Assembly (NCBI GenBank): GCA_045863395.1
Contig: BTVJ01000085.1
Location: 1-33,020, forward strand
Direction: 5' to 3'
DNA from: Myxococcales bacterium
GTDB taxonomy: Bacteria; Myxococcota_A; UBA9042; JABWCM01; BTVJ01
Length of the DNA: 33,020 bases
Part shown: positions 27,437 to 33,020 of the stretch, in pieces
Layout of the letters: each line of letters opens with the position of its first letter
Numbering within the stretch: the first letter of the stretch is position 1
Notes under the pieces: generated by a model
Database searches by the model: none
Told to the model about the DNA's origin: nothing
Seen by the model: the letters and a program-made list of their open reading frames with translations, nothing else
Program-made: the position numbers and the translations under genes

Positions 27437-27465
27437 TTGCGCCTGTGGGTGTGTGCCGCTATGCT
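27437..27465 (+). promoter_or_regulatory. Candidate sigma70-type promoter
   Basis: TTGCGC-17 nt-TATGCT, 40 nt upstream of ATG 27506. Confidence 0.5.
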
Positions 27466-27505
27466 CCGCGCCCGACCGAGCCCAATTGTACCCAGGGAGA
27501 GGCTC

Positions 27506-28330
27506 ATGGCACGGGCAGCAGTGGCGCTCGCCATCCTAGTGGTGACGTGGGGGTGCGACGGGGGTGGGAGCACCGGCGACGCTGGGAGCGTGGTCGACGC
27601 GGGCAAGGGCGCACCGGACGCGCCTGCCGTCGTCGACGTCACCACGGGCGCCGACGTGGCCCCGTCGGCGGGGGCGGTGTGGTGCCAGCCCTGCACCTCG
27701 CCAGACGACTGCGGCGCGGATGCGCGCTGCATCCCTGACAAGAGCGGCGCTACCTATTGCGCCCTCACCTGCCTGCTCAGCAAGAACCAGTGCCCAGCGG
27801 GCTCCAACTGCCGCCCCTACGGCTCGCGGACCGACGAGTTCGCCTGTCAGCCGGACTATGGCGCCTGCCGGGGTGGCGGGGAGCCGTGCAGCCCATGCGC
27901 CGAGGACGGCGACTGCCAGGCCGGAAACGTGTGCCGAACCTCGAAGATCGACAAGGAGCGGAGCTGCTTTCGCTCCTGCGAGGGGCCCGGTGGCTGCCCG
28001 GGCGACCAGAGCTGCGAGGGCGGTGTGTGCCTGCCCTTCGTCGCCAACAAGCACCGCCAGGTCTGCAACACGGGGGCGTCGGGCCGCTGCGAGCCGTGCA
28101 AGTACGACTACGACTGCGCGGGCGGCCTGCTCTGTGGGCCCAAGCTCGGGTACTGCACTGAGAAGTGCACCAAGAAACCCGGCCTCGAGGACTCCTGCCC
28201 CGTGGGGCTGTTCTGCGTGGACGGGTACTGCCAGCCGCCTGTCGCATACAAGTGCCAGGGCTGGCTCGGGTGCGCCCACGGGTGCCCCGAAGGAGCGACC
28301 TGTGAGAGGGGCGTGTGCGTCGGCTCGTGA
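27506..28330 (+). CDS. Cys-rich lipoprotein with three C.PC...DC....C modules, 274 aa
   Basis: GGAGAGG RBS; lipobox TWG-C; modules WCQPCTSPDDC, PCSPCAEDGDC, RCEPCKYDYDC. Confidence 0.75.
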   Translation: MARAAVALAILVVTWGCDGGGSTGDAGSVVDAGKGAPDAPAVVDVTTGADVAPSAGAVWCQPCTSPDDCGADARCIPDKSGATYCALTCLLSKNQCPAGSNCRPYGSRTDEFACQPDYGACRGGGEPCSPCAEDGDCQAGNVCRTSKIDKERSCFRSCEGPGGCPGDQSCEGGVCLPFVANKHRQVCNTGASGRCEPCKYDYDCAGGLLCGPKLGYCTEKCTKKPGLEDSCPVGLFCVDGYCQPPVAYKCQGWLGCAHGCPEGATCERGVCVGS

Positions 28331-28351
28331 TGCGGGCCTCCCGACGGGCTC

Positions 28352-28375
28352 CTCGGATGCTCGGATGCTCGGCTG
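28352..28375 (+). repeat. 8-bp tandem repeat x3 upstream of the IDH pair
   Basis: CTCGGATG CTCGGATG CTCGGCTG. Confidence 0.7.
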
Positions 28376-28397
28376 ATTGCCGAAGGACAGGGAAACG

Positions 28398-29405
28398 ATG
28401 AGCCATCATGTGGTGCTGATCCCCGGTGACGGCATCGGACCAGAGGTCTCGGAGGCGACCGTCCGCGCCGTGGACGCGCTGGCGCTGGGAATCCGCTGGG
28501 TGCCCGTGGAGGCCGGGGCGGGCGCCGTGGAGAGGCACGGGACGCCGCTGCCTCCTGCTGTGACCGAGGCGGTGCGCACGCACCGGGTCGCGCTCAAGGG
28601 CCCGATCACGACGCCGGTCGGCAAGGGCTTCACCAGCGTCAACGTGGCGCTGCGCAAGGAGCTCGACCTCTACGTGAGCCTGCGGCCGGTGCAGAGCATG
28701 GCGGGGGTCGACACCCCCTACACCGGGGTGGACCTGGTGGTCTTTCGCGAGAACACCGAGGGACTCTACAGCGGCCTCGAGCACGTGGTCACCGAGGGCG
28801 TCGTCGAGTCCCTCAAGGTGATCACCGAGCGGGCCTCCCGGCGCATTGCGCGGTATGCCTACGAGTATGCCCGGAACGAGGGGCGGCGGCGCGTGGCCAT
28901 CGTGCACAAGGCGTCGATCATGAAGCTCTCGGACGGCCTGTTCCGTCGGACGGCGCTCGACGTGGCTGATGACTACCCCTTCGTCGAGACCCAGGATGTG
29001 TCCATCGACGACGCCTTCATGAACCTGGCCCTCGACCCCAGCGCCTACGACTGCCTGGTCATGGAGAACCTCTACGGCGACGTGCTCAGCGATCTGTGCG
29101 CGGGGCTCGTCGGGGGGCTGGGCGTCGTGCCCGGAGCCAACATCGGCGAGAAGTACGCGGTGTTCGAGGCCGTGCACGGCAGCGCGCCGGACATCGCCGG
29201 CAAGGGGGTGGCCAACCCGACGGCCTTGATGCTGAGCGCGGTGCTCATGCTCAAGCACATGGGGTGGCGGGAGCCGGGGCGGCGGCTGGAGCGGGCGATT
29301 CGCCACGTGATTGCGCGGCGGGAGACCGTGACCGCCGATCTTGGGGGCAAGGCGACGACGCGCGAGTACACGGACGCCGTGATCGCCGCGCTGGAGGTGG
29401 TGTGA
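28398..29405 (+). CDS. NAD-dependent isocitrate dehydrogenase (IDH/IMDH family, IDH3-like), putative catalytic subunit, 335 aa
   Basis: LIPGDGIGPEV, ALKGPITTP, SVNVALRKELDLY..LRP, FRENTEGLY, NLYGDVLSD, FEAVHGSAPDIAGKGVANP (Asp-Ile indicating NAD preference). Confidence 0.88.
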   Translation: MSHHVVLIPGDGIGPEVSEATVRAVDALALGIRWVPVEAGAGAVERHGTPLPPAVTEAVRTHRVALKGPITTPVGKGFTSVNVALRKELDLYVSLRPVQSMAGVDTPYTGVDLVVFRENTEGLYSGLEHVVTEGVVESLKVITERASRRIARYAYEYARNEGRRRVAIVHKASIMKLSDGLFRRTALDVADDYPFVETQDVSIDDAFMNLALDPSAYDCLVMENLYGDVLSDLCAGLVGGLGVVPGANIGEKYAVFEAVHGSAPDIAGKGVANPTALMLSAVLMLKHMGWREPGRRLERAIRHVIARRETVTADLGGKATTREYTDAVIAALEVV

Positions 29406-29406
29406 C

Positions 29407-30411
29407 ATGGCACATCGCGTGACCCTGATCCCGGGTGACGGCCCCGGGGCCGACGTGGCGCCACACATCAAGCGCATCGTGGAGGCGGCCGGCGTCGACG
29501 TCGAGTGGGACGAGCAGATCGCGGGGGCCGCCGCCGTAGAGGCGGGGGAGCCGGCCGTGCCTGGGCGCGTCATCGAGTCCATCCGCAGGAACAAGATCGC
29601 GCTGAAGGGCCTGCTCTTCGCCCCTGAGGGGCCTACGTCCATGAGCCCCAACCAGACGTTTCGGCGGGAGCTGGGCCTGTTCGCCTCGGTGCGGCCCGTG
29701 CGCAACGTGCCAGGGTTGCCGTCGCGGTTCCATGACCTGGATCTGCTCATGATCCGCGAGCTCACCGAGGACGTGTACTCCGGCATCGAGCACGAGGTGG
29801 TCCCCGGGGTCGTCCAGAGCCTGCGCGTGATCACGGAGCGGGCGTCCACTCGGGTGGCGCGGTTCGCGTTCGAGTACGCGCGGCTGCGAGGGCGCAAGCG
29901 GGTCACGCTGGTCCACAAGGCAAACATCCTGAAGCGCTCGGACGGGCTGTTCATGGAGAGCGGGCGCCGGGTTGCCGCCGAGTACCCGGACATCGGCTTC
30001 GAGACGATCATCGCCGACAATGCGGCCATGCAGCTCGTGCTTCGCCCGCACCGCTTCGACGTGCTGCTGCTGCCCAACCTGTTCGGGGACATCTTGAGCG
30101 ATCTGGGCGCGGGGCTGGTCGGCGGCATCGCGGCCGCCTACGGGGTGTGTCGCGGCGAAGACCCGGCGCTCCGCGTCTACGAGGTGCTCCATGGCGTCGG
30201 GGCGAGCGATGGGCGCCGGCGCGACGTGGGGGACCCGCTCGTGTTTCTGACGCCGACCCTCTCGATGCTGCGGCACCTGGGCGAGGGCGACGCGGCCGCC
30301 CGCATCGGGGATGCCGTGCGGCAGGTGTTCGTCGCGGGCACGGTGACGCCGGACCTGGGCGGCAGGGCGAGCTGCACGGCCATGTCGAACGCCATCCTGG
30401 CGCGGCTGTGA
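29407..30411 (+). CDS. Second IDH/IMDH-family paralog with a degenerate coenzyme-binding loop, putative non-catalytic or regulatory subunit, 334 aa
   Basis: LIPGDGPG, SPNQTFRRELGLFASVRP, IRELTEDVY, VHKANILK, ADNAAMQL and NLFGDILSD retained; HGSAPDIAG..ANP replaced by HGVGASDGRRRDVGDP; starts 1 nt after the first gene. Confidence 0.85.
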   Translation: MAHRVTLIPGDGPGADVAPHIKRIVEAAGVDVEWDEQIAGAAAVEAGEPAVPGRVIESIRRNKIALKGLLFAPEGPTSMSPNQTFRRELGLFASVRPVRNVPGLPSRFHDLDLLMIRELTEDVYSGIEHEVVPGVVQSLRVITERASTRVARFAFEYARLRGRKRVTLVHKANILKRSDGLFMESGRRVAAEYPDIGFETIIADNAAMQLVLRPHRFDVLLLPNLFGDILSDLGAGLVGGIAAAYGVCRGEDPALRVYEVLHGVGASDGRRRDVGDPLVFLTPTLSMLRHLGEGDAAARIGDAVRQVFVAGTVTPDLGGRASCTAMSNAILARL

Positions 30412-30681
30412 GGAGTCGGCTGGATGTGGGGGCATCCTTTGTGGCGGAAGGATTGTTCCGCCGCGAGCGCGCGGCGGCCCCCGGTATCCTGCACCCCTGA
30501 GAAGCCGTAGGGTGCAAGGAACTTGACGAGGGCGCTCCAACGTGGCGCCATAGGGTTTCGCGTCGTGGGATTCCCGCGGGTGGTGTGTGGTCGCTCCGGC
30601 GGCCGACGCGACGTGTGATGCGGGAGCATCGGTTCCGGGCGCCCCATGCCCGGGTATTCTTTGGACGGTGGACGGAGGTTC

Positions 30682-33020
30682 ATGATGAAGAAGTTGCTCA
30701 TGTTGGTCCTGTTCGGCGCGACGCTCGTCGCCGGCGGGGCCACGGCGTCCGCGCAGTGTAGCGCCGGCACGCAGATCGCGAACGACTGTTCGGGCGCCAC
30801 CTACGAGGGGTGTTGCCTGGAGCCGGGCAAGGTCGTCTGGTGTGAGAACAACGTGCTCTGTGGCATCGACTGCGCCGCTGGCGGCGCGCTGTGCGGGTGG
30901 AGCGCCAGCGGTGGCTATTACGACTGCACACCGGAGGGCGCACCGGACCCGAGCGGGACCAACCCGCAGCAGTGCTCTGGAATCTCCTGCACCCCGGACT
31001 GCACCGGGAAGGCATGCGGCAGCGACGGGTGCTTCGGGAGCTGCGGGACCTGCTCCGGCGGACAGCTCTGCGACACGAACACCTACACGTGCGTCGAAGC
31101 CGCCGGGTGCACCGGCTCCTGCGGCGGTCAGTCGCCGGAGGGGTGCTACTGCGACTCCGGCTGCTTCGGCTTCGGCGACTGCTGCGACAACGTCTGCGAC
31201 GCGTGCGCCGCCAACTACCCGACGCAGTGCACGCCGTGCGTGCCGAGCTGCGGCGGGAAGACCTGCGGTGACGACGGCTGCGGTGGCTCCTGCGGCTCCT
31301 GCGCCGAGGGCAATTACTGTGATGGCGCCGGCCAGTGCATGGCGTGTAGCTGCGCGGGCAAGACCTGCGGCGGCGATGGCTGCGGCAACGCCTGCGGCAC
31401 CTGCACCGGCGGCCAGGCCTGCAACGCCAGCGGTCAGTGCGTCGCCGTGACGGCGGACTGTACGCCCAAGGAGACGCCGGGCTGCGGCGGCTGCGGCTGC
31501 GAGGCCTGCGTGTGCGCCATGGACTCCTACTGCTGCAACACGGCGTGGGACAGCATCTGCGTGAACGAGTGTGGGACGGACTGCGGCGGCGGCTGCGAGG
31601 GGCTCTGCGTCCCGACGTGCGGTGGCGCCACCTGCGGTGACGACGGCTGCGGCGGCGCTTGCGGTTCGTGCGCCGCGGGCAGCTTCTGCGACAACGGCGC
31701 CTGCGCCGCCTGCTCCTGCACCGGCAAGGAGTGCGGCGACGACGGGTGCGGCGTGTCGTGCGGCACCTGCGGCGCAGGGCTGACCTGCTCTGCGGGCAAG
31801 TGCGTGACCGGCTCGTCGTGCGTCGGCATCTGCGGGGCCCAGGCTCCCGATGGCTGCTGGTGCGACACCTCGTGCGTGAGCTTCGGCGACTGCTGCGCGG
31901 ACTACCAGGACGCGTGTGGCGGCGGCGGCGCGGGCTCTTGCGCGGGGGCGTGCGGCGGCCAGGCCCCGGACGGGTCCTGCTACTGCGACGCGGACTGCGT
32001 GGGCTTCGGCGACTGCTGCGCGGACTACGAGGCGGAGTGCGGTGGCGGTGGCGGCACCGGGTCCTGCGCTGGCGCGTGCGGCGGCCAGGCCCCGGACGGG
32101 TCTTGCTACTGCGACGCGGAGTGCGTCCAGTACGGTGACTGCTGCTCGGACTACGAGGCGGAGTGCGGCGGCGGCGGTGGCACCGGGTCCTGTGCGGGCG
32201 TGTGCGGCGGCCAGTCCACGGACGGGTCCTGCTACTGCGACGCGGACTGCGTGGGCTTCGGCGACTGCTGCTCCGACTACGAGGCGGAGTGCGGTGGCGG
32301 CGGTGGGACGGCGACCTGTTCCGAGGCCGTGGACTGCGTCGGCGAGTGCGCGGTGCCCGACATGGCCTGCGCGGCCGGTTGCGCGCCGACCGACGCAGCG
32401 GAGGCCGGGCTGTTCCAGGCGCTGATGACCTGCGTCCAGACCAACTGCGCGACGGCGCCCGACATGCAGGCCTGTGCGCTGGAGAAATGCGCGGCCCAGG
32501 TCGGCGCGTGCCTCGGCGGCGCCTGCCAGAAGGACTGCACGGGCAAGGAGTGCGGCGCGGACGGCTGCGGCGGCTCCTGCGGGACCTGCAGCGAGGGCGA
32601 GACCTGCAACGCGGGCCTCTGCGAGGAGGACATCTGCGTGCCGGACTGCGCGGGCCTGGAGTGCGGCGACGACGGCTGCGGCGGCTCCTGCGGCGACTGC
32701 GCCACGGGCGAGACCTGCAACGCGGGCCTCTGCGAGGAGGAGGTCTGTGCGCCGGACTGCGCCGGTCTGGAGTGCGGCGACGACGGCTGCGGCGGCTCCT
32801 GCGGCGAGTGCGGTGCGGGCGAGACCTGCAACGCCGGCCTCTGCGAGGAGGAGCCCTGCGTACCGATGTGCACGGGCCTCGAGTGCGGAGATGACGGCTG
32901 CGGCGGCACCTGCGGTGACTGCGAGAAGGGCGAGACCTGCACGGACGGCATGTGCATGACCAGCGGCGGCGACGACGTCGGCGGCGGTGGCGGCGGTGGC
33001 GGCGGTGGTGACACCGGCGG
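30682..33020 (+). CDS. Secreted Cys/Gly-rich repeat protein with somatomedin-B-like and CGDDGCGGSCG repeats; runs beyond the window
   Basis: Absent from ORF track (no stop seen in the window). ATG 30682 after GGAGG; MMKKLLMLVLFGATLVAGGATASA-QCSAG signal peptide; Cys-rich repeats stay in this frame to the window end. Confidence 0.88.
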   Translation, partial: MMKKLLMLVLFGATLVAGGATASAQCSAGTQIANDCSGATYEGCCLEPGKVVWCENNVLCGIDCAAGGALCGWSASGGYYDCTPEGAPDPSGTNPQQCSGISCTPDCTGKACGSDGCFGSCGTCSGGQLCDTNTYTCVEAAGCTGSCGGQSPEGCYCDSGCFGFGDCCDNVCDACAANYPTQCTPCVPSCGGKTCGDDGCGGSCGSCAEGNYCDGAGQCMACSCAGKTCGGDGCGNACGTCTGGQACNASGQCVAVTADCTPKETPGCGGCGCEACVCAMDSYCCNTAWDSICVNECGTDCGGGCEGLCVPTCGGATCGDDGCGGACGSCAAGSFCDNGACAACSCTGKECGDDGCGVSCGTCGAGLTCSAGKCVTGSSCVGICGAQAPDGCWCDTSCVSFGDCCADYQDACGGGGAGSCAGACGGQAPDGSCYCDADCVGFGDCCADYEAECGGGGGTGSCAGACGGQAPDGSCYCDAECVQYGDCCSDYEAECGGGGGTGSCAGVCGGQSTDGSCYCDADCVGFGDCCSDYEAECGGGGGTATCSEAVDCVGECAVPDMACAAGCAPTDAAEAGLFQALMTCVQTNCATAPDMQACALEKCAAQVGACLGGACQKDCTGKECGADGCGGSCGTCSEGETCNAGLCEEDICVPDCAGLECGDDGCGGSCGDCATGETCNAGLCEEEVCAPDCAGLECGDDGCGGSCGECGAGETCNAGLCEEEPCVPMCTGLECGDDGCGGTCGDCEKGETCTDGMCMTSGGDDVGGGGGGGGGGDTG
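31816..32292 (+). repeat. Four tandem somatomedin-B-like coding repeats (126-bp period for the last three)
   Basis: Units start at 31816, 31936, 32062, 32188; consensus SCAGACGGQAPDGSCYCDADCVGFGDCCADYEAEC joined by poly-Gly linkers. Confidence 0.85.
32524..32955 (+). repeat. Four 111-bp coding repeats (C.PDCAGLECGDDGCGGSCG.C..GETCNAGLCEE)
   Basis: Units start at 32524, 32635, 32746, 32857 with high nucleotide identity. Confidence 0.85.

Noticed and set aside
29407..30411. Second IDH gene as a pseudogene
   Set aside because: Full length, no frameshift or stop, tightly coupled to gene 1, and selective retention of interface and substrate residues argues for function.
30523..30556. TTGACG ... 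TAGGGT as promoter of the last gene
   Set aside because: The spacer is 22 nt, too long for sigma70.
31816..32955. Regular repeats as a possible CRISPR array
   Set aside because: Periods are multiples of three (126 and 111 bp), differences are mostly codon-level within an open frame, there are no unique spacers and no cas genes.

Overview
GC-rich chromosomal window that gene content places most plausibly in the Myxococcota or a related predatory deltaproteobacterial lineage (inference). About 23 genes, of which about 10 are predicted lipoproteins. Left end, minus strand: a gliding-motility/Nfs-type envelope operon ordered VWA lipoprotein (CglB-like), outer-membrane beta-barrel (GltA/B/H-like), GltC-like TPR protein, GltD/AgmU-like TPR protein and the start of a lipoprotein in the GltE/AglT position. 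Divergent from it are three large Ig-repeat lipoproteins, one ending in a VWA domain with integrin beta-I-like motifs. Then come rnhA convergent with lexA (clear promoter and several SOS-box-like sites), a DUF296 protein with a Tudor-like tail, hypothetical lipoproteins, a double-FHA protein and Cys-rich surface proteins. Near the right end is a tandem pair of isocitrate-dehydrogenase-family genes with complementary motif loss, and a secreted Cys-rich protein with somatomedin-B-like repeats that runs off the window and is absent from the ORF track. I found no rRNA, tRNA, CRISPR array or mobile element. Best leads: a possible eukaryote-style catalytic/regulatory heteromeric NAD-IDH, and a divergent adhesion locus pairing alpha-I-like and beta-I-like VWA lipoproteins with the Glt machinery. 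All family calls are motif recognition by eye, without database searches.
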